Positions 8,300 through 20,229 of a DNA stretch of 20,951 nucleotides are shown here, piece after piece. The notes below the pieces were generated by a model. That model saw nothing but the letters and a program-made list of their open reading frames with translations. It ran no database searches and had not been told where the DNA came from. Source of the stretch: Catajapyx aquilonaris (taxonomy: Eukaryota); assembly GCA_000934665.2 (NCBI GenBank), contig JYFJ02001330.1:62001-82951 (forward strand), read 5' to 3'. Both the position numbers and the translations under genes were made by a program. Numbering within the stretch: the first letter of the stretch is position 1; each line of letters begins with the position of its first letter.

Positions 8300-10126
8300 A
8301 TGGACGAGAGGAGCATAATCTATGCGGTGCTGGGTGTCCTGTGGGTGGACTACCTGTGGGAGCTGTACCTTTCAATCAGACAGGTACGCAACATGCATTC
8401 CGTTGGAAGTCAATAGCGGTTGAACTCATATGTTCCGCAGCACAAGATGTATCGGAATGTGAGCACAGTTCCGGCCCCGCTGAAGGACATCCTGGACAAC
8501 GAGACGTTCCAGAAGGCCCGCATTTACGGGGAGGACAAGAGCTTGTATGGGATTGTGCACCAGTTCTTCTCGATTGTTATTCTCACGGTGAGGACCGGTT
8601 GTTCTTTAACTTGGCGTGTGCGTTACATGGGTGGGACTCGTTTCAGCTCATAATCTGGCAGGAAGGTTACGTGTCTTTCTGGATGTGTGGACGCAGCTTG
8701 GTTGGAGCCTTGGGCCATGCTGATGATCAGGAGGTGCCCAACAGTGTTGCGTTCATACTATTCGTCAACGTCTTCAACGCGCTAATCAACTTGCCCTTTA
8801 GTATCTACTTCACTTTTGTCTTGGAAGAACATCACGGATTTAACAAGCAGGTAATTGAGTTTTTTAAACAACAACAAGTACAGAGTTGCATTGTTGTAAC
8901 TATTTTAAATTGCTTTTGGTGCTGCCATAATGTGTACAATCCCTGCACTCTCTTGATGGGTATATAAGTTGTTAAATTATATTTTCAGACTTTGGGCTTT
9001 TTCCTGAAGGACAAACTGAAGAAGTTTGTGGTCATCCAGGTGATAATGTGTCCAGTTGTGGCCATTCTGGTATGGATAATCCAGTGGGGCGGAGACTACT
9101 TCTTTGTGTACATGTGGACGTTTGCATGCATCACATTCCTGCTGCTCATGACAATCTATCCAGAATTCATTGCCCCACTCTTTGACAAGTACACGCCCTT
9201 ACCCGAGGGGGAGCTCAGGAGTAGAATCGAGGGTCTGGCAGCCAGCATCAAATTCCCGCTGTACAAGCTGTACGTGGTGGAGGGATCGAAGAGATCTGCT
9301 CACAGCAACGCTTACTTCTATGGGTTCTTCAAGAACAAGCGCATTGTGCTGTTTGACACACTGCTGGAGAAGTACACTCCCTTGAATGCCGCTCAAGAGG
9401 GGAAGGACAACAAGGAAGGACATGGGGAGGAGGATGAGAAGAAGAAGAAGAAGAAGAGCGGTTGCAATGATAATGAGGTTCTGGCCATATTGGGGCACGA
9501 GCTGGGACACTGGCAGTTCAATCACGTCCTTAAGAACCTGATCATTCAGCAGGTAGGGACTTATGATTTGTTATGAGTGAATGACACTAATGACATTTTT
9601 TTGTTTATTCCATCAGGTGAACTTGTTCTTCATGTTCCTAGTTTTTGCTCTTCTCCACAAACAAGTGATCCTGTACAAGGCTTTTGGATTCCATGATGAG
9701 CAGCCTGTGTTCATCGGACTCATAATTGTGCTGCAATACGTGTTTTCACCATACAACTCGGTAAGATTTTATATGCATAATGCTGGTAGTTGTCCAGGTC
9801 GCTATCGTTTGGCACCACATTTCTCACCATTGTATTTTAGAAATATAAGAAAGTACAAGATGAATTGGACAGTTAATAAAACAACATTATTTTTGCAGAT
9901 CCTGTCATTCATTCTGAATGTCATGAGTCGCCACTTTGAGTACCAGGCTGATGCATTTGCAAAGAAACTGGGTAAGGTGAAGCCTCTCTGCTCCGCCCTC
10001 ATAAAACTGAACGTGGACAACTTGAGCTTCCCTGTGTACGACTGGTTGTATTCCACTTGGCACCATTCCCATCCAGAATTGCTGGATCGATTACGAGAAC
10101 TTGAGAAGGACGACAAGTCTGACTGA
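8300..10126 (+). CDS. ZMPSTE24: CAAX prenyl protease 1 (Ste24 / ZMPSTE24, peptidase M48), ~456 aa
   Basis: Exons 8300-8383, 8441-8587, 8647-8850, 8989-9552, 9617-9760, 9899-10126, all GT-AG and phase 0. [49 protein letters not shown], zinc motif [26 protein letters not shown] at 10282. Confidence 0.98.
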
Positions 10127-11544
10127 ATCGTACATTCTAAGTGTGTGTAAAATATGCGAGTGGTCAGCAAGTCATTTAAAATGTTTGACACTGAAAATGA
10201 TAATGTTTTATTTAATTTCCAGTGGTTATTTTTTATAGGTTCTGTGTGAAAGATATCTGTTGACAAATGACTGGAATGCCTAATAAATCAGTCTATGGCT
10301 AAAAACGGGAGTTTGATTCACGGTTGTGTACAGGTAGTTGTTATTGACACTTGTATACATGCATTCCGTGGTTTACAGTATATCAACTGAGCACGATCAC
10401 CCTACAAATGATGCTACTTACTTGAGTTGGCATGTAAAGTAAACGAAGAGGAATATGTACCCTTAGTTATTAATGCATCATATGATTATGGCAAAAGTAT
10501 AGCATTTATTATATTCTTTAAGGACAGAAAAACACCCTTGACGGAAGAAATTGTCATTACATGACAGCAGTCGTAGCACTGAAGAATTGCATGCAGAAAA
10601 ACGCTTAAAAGCTCACCATCATTACGAGACATAACTTCAACGCAGAGCAATTTGAACATTCTTATTCCACATGAGAGGTACACTCTGTTTTTGCCGTCTT
10701 TATTCACTTGAGTATAAATATGATTGTACTTATTTCATAACTCTTGGCCAGCCTTCCTTCAGAGTATTGCAAGCATCATAATATTGCATAAATAAATGCA
10801 TGCAATCCTTCAATAATGACACATGACACAGAGTTGTACGTTGACCACTATTTCTGTCACCAAGTGACGAAGGAAAAAGGGAGAGGGTATAAATAAGCAA
10901 CAAATAATTACATTTTGCCTTTTTCAGAAAAATAACCAGAAAATTCTGTCGCTAATCTGTAACAACTGAAGCAAAAATATTCGCCTGAAATTATTCCGTC
11001 TGAATAAGCTGCCTTATTGAAGCCAAATGAAATGCTGTACACACTTTCGACTTATTCTTTTGGAAGAAAGAGTAAATCATATATTTGGCACAGGGATTGT
11101 TGCTACTGGCGCAAACAAATAAACCGTGTTCTCAAGCGTGAGAGCCTGTGGTCATCTTTCAAGTTACAAATCGCCACAAAAATGGATCAAATATTGAGCC
11201 TCTACAACCCATACAAATCGAATCCACATGGCGAGTACAGGTACTTTATATTTTTAAATAATAACTAATATGTACATTTGAAGGGTCCAATCGAGAGAGC
11301 GCCTTGCCTTAAATTTATGGCAGTTGAAACACATTTGAACGGTTCGCATAATGCCATACTGCTGCGTACGCCTGACTGGTAACAACTATTCCAGTTCATC
11401 TGGAATGCATGGCACAGCAACACTTTTTAGAACAATGCAAATCATTAGAAAACTGTCTCAATGTGACCCTGCATTTAAAACTCGCTTGGCTCGAATTTTA
11501 TGGCTTTAAAAACATCACACAAGCCTTGTTCCAAAAATTTAGGC

Positions 11545-14500
11545 CTACTTCTGGGTGGGACTGGTATTGCCACGGGGAACGTACCGTACGCTGGACTTGA
11601 CGGATGACTGGAGAGAAGTGGTGCAGACGCTCTGTTGCTGCAGAACAATACAAAATCATAAGTATATGTTTGAATAGGGTATAACGGATATGGTAACTCA
11701 CAGGACATCCACTGGATTTTGGCCGAGCTCGATAGAACAGAGAATAGCTGGGAGCCAGGGAAGAGTCATCCTGGGCACCACGGGTGCCGAATCTTACGGT
11801 TCCACAGCCTTGTATGAGTTTCATGATCTGGAATGAATCAGGTGATTTTTATTAATATCCGCACTGAAGTCAGAAGATCAGTGCATCAAAGTACTATGAA
11901 TTCATACAAGTATGATGAATGCCATTCACAACTTTGAGTGCCCTCTTAATTGATGCCTGCTGGTTGTCATCGTCTCATAGATAACTGAACCGAGAACTTT
12001 TCCTCAGCGCTTATATAATAGTTCCATAATTGGCCTACACAATGCACTTCATGCCCCTGGCCATGACCAAACCAAAGTTGAACTTCAAAAAAGTAAAATG
12101 CTATCCAAAAAATGCAGGCTGTCAGTCTACCTAGGGGAGATTCGTGTATCTGTAGGCTCTAAAGCGGAAAAAGTAAAAAGGATGAAGAGGTCACGTTTAC
12201 ATCGTGTGAAAACAGAGGACATCATGGCGGGGGCCGATCAGAAGCGTGTGTCGTGTGTGTGTGAATGGTGGGATGGTGGGCAAGTCTCTCGCCTGCTGGA
12301 GGAGGTGCCCGTTCTCCTGGAGGAGAGCCTGGCCTGCATGCCAGTGACCCAGTCCCTGCCCTTCCGCTTCACCTGCTGCTTGAACAGCTTCGTGGTCAGG
12401 GTGTAGATCATGGGGTTGAGGGCAGAGTTCACCGGAAGGACGAACACCGCCAGCCAGGCGTACAGGTCTGCCTGGATCTTGATGCCTGCGGACACACACC
12501 ACACTGTTATAATTGTGCTTCCAACTTATATTTATATGTTATATTGTTATAATTATGCTTCCAACTTCCAGCTTGTCAGAGACAACGACATACCTGCCAG
12601 TGCCAGGCACTTGATGACTACGATGGGCAACCAGCAGATGCAATCAGTCCCCACGATGAAGGCGAACCTCTTGGCCACCAGCCTGTCCTGCTTCTCCTGG
12701 TTGGACCGCAGAGATGGGGCTGACCCTCGGATGATGACCAGCATCCGGATGTAGGCATACCCTATGAAGCTCAGCGCCACCATGTTCACTCCCAGGTACA
12801 GCCCGGCTGAGTACTCCCACGCCTGTCACATCACCGGTATGAACATGATAAAATCTCACACCTGGACAGTCCCACTTACTTGACCGTATGGGTCGTGAAT
12901 GTGCAATGGCAGACACACCCCGTTGGACCCATAGAACATGTCTCCCCAGTAGGGCCACCTGGAGAGGGGCAGCACAGCCAGAAGGGCAGCCAGGCTCCAC
13001 AGGGAGGCCATGTAAAGGGCAGCCAATCTGATGGTGTGTCTCTTCTGACTGAAGGGATGGATGATGGACAAGAAGCGGTCCAGAGTGATCACGCTCAGGA
13101 TAAGCACGGAAGCCTCAGAGCTCAGCGTGCACAAGAAGCCTGAAAATGCAATCAGATAAAACACATTGGACATGACGACCCCCCTAGGGCCACGACCTAC
13201 CACAGAGCTCACACTGCCAGCTCTCCCTCCACTGCAACTCATACTGGATGAAGTGACCCCTGTAGTGTAGGTCATAGGTGGCTATCAGAAGGAGGTAGAC
13301 CCCCATGCAGAGGTCAGCCAGAGCCAGGTTCTTGATGTAGAAGGAGTGGACAGCATTGGGCTCTTTGATCACCACCCGGCTTATCAGCACAAAGAGGTTG
13401 CCGATGCAAGCTCCGATGGCCATCAACCACACGCTGATATAAAAGTTCATGTTTACACTTTCACAAGTTCAGTGTTTGGAACAAATATATGGGTAGGCCT
13501 ACACACCAATTTTAATAATTACAGAAACGAAACAGGTAAATGTAGGGAGGAAAAATGGCGGTAACAATAGGGGTGGACCAATCAGAGGGCGTGCACATAC
13601 AACGCACGGATTTTAATATTACAGATAATAATAATAATTGTTGTTGTTGGACAGCTTACCTAATCCTCAGCAAGATGTTGTCCAACATGTGCTCCACACT
13701 AGATATTCCATCCCCTTTAGGCTCACACACTCGGACGAACAGTGCATAGGAACACATATAAAACTCATCAAAGTATCTGCAAGGCAGACATTAATTTGGT
13801 AGTAATTGGTCTTCTGTAAAGTGACAAAACCAACTTACATGTATTCCAACTTGCGAAGAGATTCGAAAATCAATGTGGCCGACCGTAAGCGTCGGAAGCG
13901 ATTGTTCTCCAGATTCCTGAAAGAGTTTCACGGAGGGGTGAATAGTTCGATCTCTTTTGCTATTCCTAGAGGTCCTCCAGGGAACAAAAAACTATTGTGC
14001 TAGTAAGAAAATCTAGGAGGAACCAAATTTCGATCACGCTCTACAAAGTGAGCTGATAACTTTACACGTAGTCCTTTCAGTGAAAATAGTTTCGAGTTGT
14101 TATGCAAATGTTAGTACTTACAGTGAGCGGAGACTTCTCAGGAAAGCAAAAGCTTCTTCTTCTATATGCTGCAACTCGTTGTTATTCAGATGCCTGAATA
14201 TATTATAAGAAAATATTAATTGCACGTTACTATGCTAATATTAACTGCAATACAGGCCAGTGAACTCCCAATATTAGTCCCTCGAATTTAATAAGCCAAC
14301 CTGTAAACGCGATCCTCAAAGGGCACTTCAATTAGCAACAATGAAACTTTCCTTGAATCTAAATGCAGCTGTCACACGAACAGTCGCATATTAATGCTTG
14401 ATCACTTCATCTTGGCCTGTTCTTACTGATAATTTGTGCCCAAGTCTCTAGTCATTAGATAAAAAAAATTATATTAATTTAGTAGACGCGTCTCGACTTA

Positions 14501-17500
14501 CAAGCTTACGAGACTTCCTCCCTCGTCACTTTGGTGTGCTCGAGATAACGCGTTTAGTTTTCCAAGAGTTTCTCATCTTAGCCCAGGCTCTCTGTGCTTG
14601 GGATTTTAATGGGGTCATTATATAAAGCGAGATGCTTCTTCATGATAGAAACGAAGGAAAAGACCTGGGTTTATCTTTTTCTTATTTTACTTGGCCCACA
14701 AGACCGTGCCATGATCAACTGCTAAAGCTGGGTTCACATAGACATTGTTGGGATCCACCAATAAGTCTGGAGTCGATTGCGTATATGATATCCCATGGAT
14801 TTCTACAGGGAACAAACTTCCTAAAATTATTTATTTAAGTATTAATTTAATTGATCTACCCACCGTGATCTACCCTGTTCTAGGACACTTAAAGGAAGGG
14901 TTCAGTGATTTTGCATGTTGAGCTCCAAAAATCAAACACGACTCCCTGATTTGAAATATCCGATCCGTTTTGTTGGCAAATGCACCATAAGCGTAAAATT
15001 TCTAGTCAAAGTTGATTTTTTTTGAAAATCAGCGCCGAACACGGGTTCCCTCTAGCCACACGAGTGGAAGCTTCGATGCAGCGGTCGAAGCTTCCACTCT
15101 TGTGGCTAGAGGGAACCCGTGTGGCCGTGTCCCGTGAAAAGGTGAAAAAATGGGCCCCGAGACTAAGCCAATCTCATTGGCCACGGTGGTGGCAGGTTAC
15201 CGGAATTTCCGCGGGAGGCGCTGGCTGTACGCTTATCGTATCGAATACAGTAGCGGATATGGACTTTCACCTAACGGCATTTGTTTACGCGGCGTCAGAT
15301 TCCAAAACTGACCACATTTTTGGAATCAGGGAGTCTTCCTTGATCTCTGAAGCCCAACATGCATAATCACTGAACCCTTCCTTTAATACATATCATCAAA
15401 ATTCATGTTGATAAGACTTACACAACAAGGTCAGCTTTAAGTAATGACAGCATCAAATTAACAGCGGAACAGGGCTTATCCATTAATTTCCAGGGTTGAT
15501 TAATCCAAATTAATTTCATCTTGCGAATTAATCACTGTTCCACAACCAACAAAAGGATGCGACCTCTGATTGATGAAAGTCAAAAAACCAACCCCCTTGT
15601 GAAAATTTCGGAGCGCGTAATTTATCAGCGTTGATCTATTTTTGATGGCGTGAAACAGGTGTCATTGGTTGTGAATAATCGACAAACAATGGTTAACACA
15701 GATGATCCTATCGGCTCGTAAAATTGAAATCGGGTGATGTTAAACTGCGCTTGATATTGGGACGCATTTGCATATGTACGGGGGGAGTAAAAAAAGCTCT
15801 CAGGTATAGGCCTAGTGTCAACACTATTCGATCCACCGAATGTAGGTCGAACGTGAGATTTAAACCACACTTACTTCCAACCTATTGTTAAAAAAATATC
15901 TATAGAAAAAGTGCTAAAAGGCGATGGGAATACATCAGAATGTCGTCTGCAGCAAAAATGTCAATACTTTGTCAGTCAGCAAAAAAAATTCTGTTGCATA
16001 ACCGTCGCTTAATTGTATGCAAAATTAAATAACCGATTCTGACCTTGGGTGCCGTAACTGCATTACAACCGTCGAGTTAATGTAACATTGGCATGAACGT
16101 TATTACAGGTAACGAGCTAGGGGGGGTCGTCAGCACATTTGCACTTAGCTGCATTTCAGATTCGATTTTCGGACATGGCACGCGTCTTGAGAGGCGGTGA
16201 CCTCTGACCCAAAATTGCCAATATACGTGATCAGCCAGGCATGTTTGCAGGATCAGAGAAATTAGCCGGCAGATTTAATTAAGAGCTGTCTCCTCCCCGT
16301 ATCTTGCCCTCAGGAGGTCTCAAAAGGACATCCACCGGAATTTCTGTGACCTTGAAACAGGGACACATTTTCTATGGTTTGCTAGATTATTTTTATATGC
16401 CTCGACACGTCTGTGGGATTCAAACGGGAGCCAATTAAGCTTCAATTTCCAATAGCCTCACGTATCATTAAGCCGGCTTTCATCTATATAGTTATCAATT
16501 CTATGTTTTGATTGCATGGTCCGTGTACTGTATGAAAAATCTGATTAGAAAAAAGTCATAATTTTTTTTTGACGTTGAGCTCATTATTGTCAAAATGTCG
16601 TCTTATCTTGTACAGTACATTTAAGTTAGGAATGCTTCATTCTATGAAGTTGAATGGGCCTCTCGAGTTAATTGAAAATCTTGACGTTAGATGAAAATGT
16701 CTCAAGTGACCTGAGCTAGAAATTGGCAAGGGTAGTTTCATTTAAGCCTAGTTAATTTCACTTAATGACAAGATCGAGACCAAAAAAAAAAAAAAGTCAA
16801 GTCCTGCGCAGTTTTTATCGACAATTTTAATGTCACCTTTGTAGGACCATTCTCACAAAATGTCAAAGGAAATTGAAGCATTTGCCGAAAATATTATTGC
16901 GAATAGTTTCGCGAAATTGTGAATTCGTTTGTCTGTGCATGTGCCTAGAAAATTGGTTCTATACAAAATAGCAGCATGTACCAAATTAAGGTCATTAATA
17001 ATTGTGACAAATAGCCGAAATAGCTTCTAAAAATAAATTTAACGGAAAGTAGCTATTATTCTTCATTAATTATCGAATTTCGTGAGTTAGCTTAACAAGT
17101 AGGCTGCTCAATGCACGGCATCGACTTCTACTTACAAATTGGTAAAAAAATTGAAGACCAAGAACACGGCATGGGCTCATATCGATTTCTTTCCTAGAAA
17201 TTGGATTCCGATAGAGTACGTTTACATCTGGTCTCTGAAGCCGTCAAAGCAAGGACCTGTTACCTTTGACATGCCCAACTCAAATAGATTTTGGAGACAC
17301 AATATTACATTCCTCTCCCCCCTAAAGAACGAAACGTCATCAATTTAGGACATAAACCTTCCCCAAAATAATCCGGAAAAACGGTCACGTCCACAGCTGA
17401 AGTGTACAAGTCATTGGTTGATCTGAGATGATCATCCTCCTAGGCATCCCCCTAACCTCCCAACTGACTTTCCGGCTCATCCTCCGGAAATTGCCACAAT

Positions 17501-18950
17501 CAATATCCCCCCAGGAGCACTTCCTCACGAAACTTGTACCACCTCATCACGGTGTATATATACGTACAAGAGGAGCTACAAAAAAACTCACAAGTTCTGC
17601 AGCATGGTGAGGTTGTGGAACATTCCGTTCTGCAAAACCACTAGGCGATTCCATGAGAGGAACCTTGTACAGAAATCATGGAATCAGTTAGAAGTTGTGT
17701 TAAAAGTTTGAGTATGACTTTGACTTACAGGCTGTAGAGGACTGGCAATCCCTCAAAGGACAAAGGAGCGATGTGGGATATGTGGTTGTGACTTAGCGAA
17801 AGGACCTTCAGAGACACTAGGCCATCGAATATGTCTGGCTCCAATTTCTCGATTTCATTCTCGTTCAGGTGCCTGGAACGAAACGTATCATGTGGAGAAC
17901 ACTGTCGGTACAGGGTGTTAATCCTAAGCGTGTCACCAGAAAAGGTGGTGGTAGAGGGCGCAGGTGTGAGTATTTTTGCATAAGAAACTAGTGGTCGGAA
18001 ACGCAACATCACCGAGTTACGCCCCTTTCAAGTTTGCGGGAGGCGTGCGCCACGCGGCGGAGTGACTCGGTGAGGCTGCGTTTCCGACCCCTAGTTCCTT
18101 ATGCAAAAATGCTCACACCTACGCCCTCTACCACCACCTTTTCTGGTGACACGCTTAGGATGACCCTGTGTAGAATTGGCCGAGGAGGTGAGTCATCATA
18201 CGATGCGTCATCTACTGAGAAATTTTGTACTAAGTCCACAGTCGGGTGGCAGAGCAGTGTTGCCATGTTTTGGTAAGAGGTTCACTCTCGTATTGTTAAC
18301 AACAATAAAACAAAGGTGTACTTACAAAGTTTCCAGGGACGTTAGTTCAGCAAATACGTCAGGATTCAGCTCCCGGATTCGGTTGTTACGCAGGTCACTG
18401 ATAATGAGAAGACAACCCGTTAATTACTTGTCGCCAATGCGAATAAACCTTTGCCAACTTCGCAGTACTTTTGGAACATAATTGCATGGCTGGGGAAAAA
18501 GCTTTATTTCAGTCTCGTTTTAATGGACTCTAATGACTAACCCCATCACACTGTGCCTAATACCCATTGTGGGAAGAGAGGCTACCCAGAAGCGCTGTAA
18601 TTAAAACCCGGATGCACCATTCCCACAACCGCACAAGTGGTTAATTGACTCGAAATTTTGGGGGGAAACAACAAAAACCATGCGTTTTCTCTGAAGGTTT
18701 TTACACCTCAATAAACCCGAGTTCAATTACCGGTAATGTAGTACTTACAGAACCTCCAGGAGATACAAACTCTTGAATGTCTCAGGCGCAAGATGTACCA
18801 ACTCATTATGTCTCAAATTCCTGTAATAAATTTTATTTATTTTTCCGGCCACATAACCAAAAACCGGTGTTAACTCACAGCAATTCCAATCTGGAGTTTC
18901 CTTCAAAAGCTCCCTTCTCAATGTCCGTCAGCAGGTTGCCATTCAAATAC
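11545..18950 (-). CDS. Leucine-rich-repeat GPCR, type C (relaxin receptor RXFP1/2-like; arthropod Lgr3/Lgr4 group, probably Lgr4-like); 5' exons lie beyond the window
   Basis: LRR exons 18950-18879, 18820-18749, 18397-18326, 17872-17729 (two LRRs), 17663-17592, 14193-14122, 13916-13839. Hinge 13776-13660 (YFDEFYMCSYALFVRVCEPKGDGISSVEHML). 7TM exons 13433-13201, 13139-12880, 12822-12594, 12485-12373 (GNLFV, NLALADLCMG, TLDRF, SNGVCLPLH, WEYS, TDCICWLP, LPVNSALNPMIY). The tail either reads through to the stop at 12238 or splices to 11827-11702 and 11637-11545. All junctions are GT-AG and phase-compatible. Confidence 0.93.
12505..12567. repeat. 23-nt direct duplication inside an LGR intron
   Basis: TGTTATAATTGTGCTTCCAACTT (12505-12527) and TGTTATAATTATGCTTCCAACTT (12545-12567), one mismatch, 40-nt period. 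Confidence 0.85.
14893..15382. mobile_element. 490-bp non-autonomous DNA transposon, Kolobok / T2-MITE-like
   Basis: TTAA duplication at 14889-14892 and 15383-15386. Termini AGGAAGGG...CCCTTCCT (AGGRR ends fit Kolobok/T2 MITEs rather than piggyBac CCY ends). TIRs 14893-14951 and 15324-15382 match at 51/59 with the first 18 nt identical. Internal 84-nt hairpin. Confidence 0.88.
17911..18168. mobile_element. ~258-bp fold-back MITE with Tc1/mariner-type TA-CAGGGT termini
   Basis: Arms 17921-18020 and 18062-18161 are reverse complements at 93/100. Left end TA|CAGGGTG, right end ACCCTG|TGTA (right TA imperfect). This explains the near-identical ORF peptides on opposite strands. Confidence 0.88.
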
Positions 18951-20006
18951 CTTGAAGCAAAGCGACACGTTACAATATCTCTTTGAGGAAAGTTGGAGGA
19001 TGTTTCGGAGCATTAATCAAAAGGACCTGCTGAGACACCCACGGGTACTTGTAGCTGGAATTTTCTTTGGTCTTTTCTTTTTTTCTTGTTTCAAAAGATA
19101 CCCCTCAGAGAGAAGAAACCACGATCGCTTCGGGGATTTTCTCATGCCACTCGGATTGGGTTTCAGGCGAAGTTGAAGGATAATCACAATGACAAGACCA
19201 CTATCTCCAGCCTCCTTAAAAGACATCCCTTACCATTCTTTTTTTCTTTCCACACCAAAGAAACTTTGGGATACAAAGCCATATTAATGGTTACGATATC
19301 TTCAAACGCGAGCTGGATGGCGCTTAAGGGCTTAACATGTTGGTACCAATTGTACTGAAATAATTGTGAGTACGAGCAAAAACCTCAAGATGAAACATGC
19401 AATTATTATAATTTAATTTAATCAGCATTTTCGCCTTAAATTTTTGAAATAATGAGACAATCCACATATATTTTTTGCTCCAAATAAATTTTCTGACGGT
19501 TACAAACATATCTGCATATAAATATAGCAAACGTTGTAACCATATCAGGAAACAGTGGGCAGAGCGGCTCCATCTAAAGATAACGCAATTTACCTGAAAA
19601 CTATGGATTTTTCCTCATGTAATAACTGCTTTTAGTAGCTTAAGCTTCCCATAACCCTGACGCGATTACGGGGGTGTACGAGTGGCATTAATGGATCTAT
19701 TCTTGGCCAGATTACTTTTTAGGCTATAAACTTACCACACTTTCAAGAATGTTATAGAGATTTTTTTTTTTTTACTTTACTATCTTCCCATAACTTGGCT
19801 CTCGGAGTACTTTATAATCGTTCATATCTCCTTACTCTATGGAAGTACTGTAGTAATCTGGAATATAACGACGTAAAAGTGTGCAGAACTAATCGAACGT
19901 TTATTTATAAAAAGAACGTAACGGTGTCAGTTACGCCTGTTTAGTAAAGTAGGTAACTCTGTATGAAATATGTTCAGAAGCTTTTCATGCCAAAAAGGAA
20001 ATAAAC

Positions 20007-20229
20007 ACGGGCCGAATTCAGAGAGGTTGCTTAACGTAAACGCGCTCGATTAAATCCTTTAGTCAGCCTCGATTAGCAAATTTAATCAACCTGCTAATAC
20101 AAAGACGGCGATTAGCGCTAAACGCCCCCTAATCGCACTTGCTAGCACTTTTAAATTTGCTAATCGAGGATGACTAAAGGATTTAATCGGGCGCGCTTAC
20201 GTTAATCAACCTCTCTGAATTCGGCCCGT
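20007..20229. mobile_element. 223-bp fold-back MITE (GGGCCGAATTC ends; PIF/Harbinger-like or TA-type, superfamily uncertain)
   Basis: Arms 20007-20085 and 20151-20229 are reverse complements at 75/79, with further inner pairing (TGCTA/TAGCA, GCGATTAG/CTAATCGC). No perfect TSD visible. Confidence 0.85.

Noticed and set aside
9390..9465. Charged insert with poly-Lys (GAA repeat) before HELGH in ZMPSTE24
   Set aside because: Corresponds to the known variable charged loop of metazoan Ste24 proteases.
14502..14576. Candidate extra LRR exon ending SLVSL|GTAAGT
   Set aside because: No acceptor giving a 72-nt phase-2 exon, and no LxxNxL consensus.
14352..16165. ~18-nt inverted match GAATCT(G)AAATGCAGCT at ~14355 and ~16150
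   Set aside because: Too short, does not extend, no TSD.
17725..18276. Two opposite-strand ORFs sharing LRFRPLV.YAK.LTP.PSTTTFSGDTLR
   Set aside because: Artefact of the MITE inverted arms, not a duplicated gene. Only 17872-17729 is coding.
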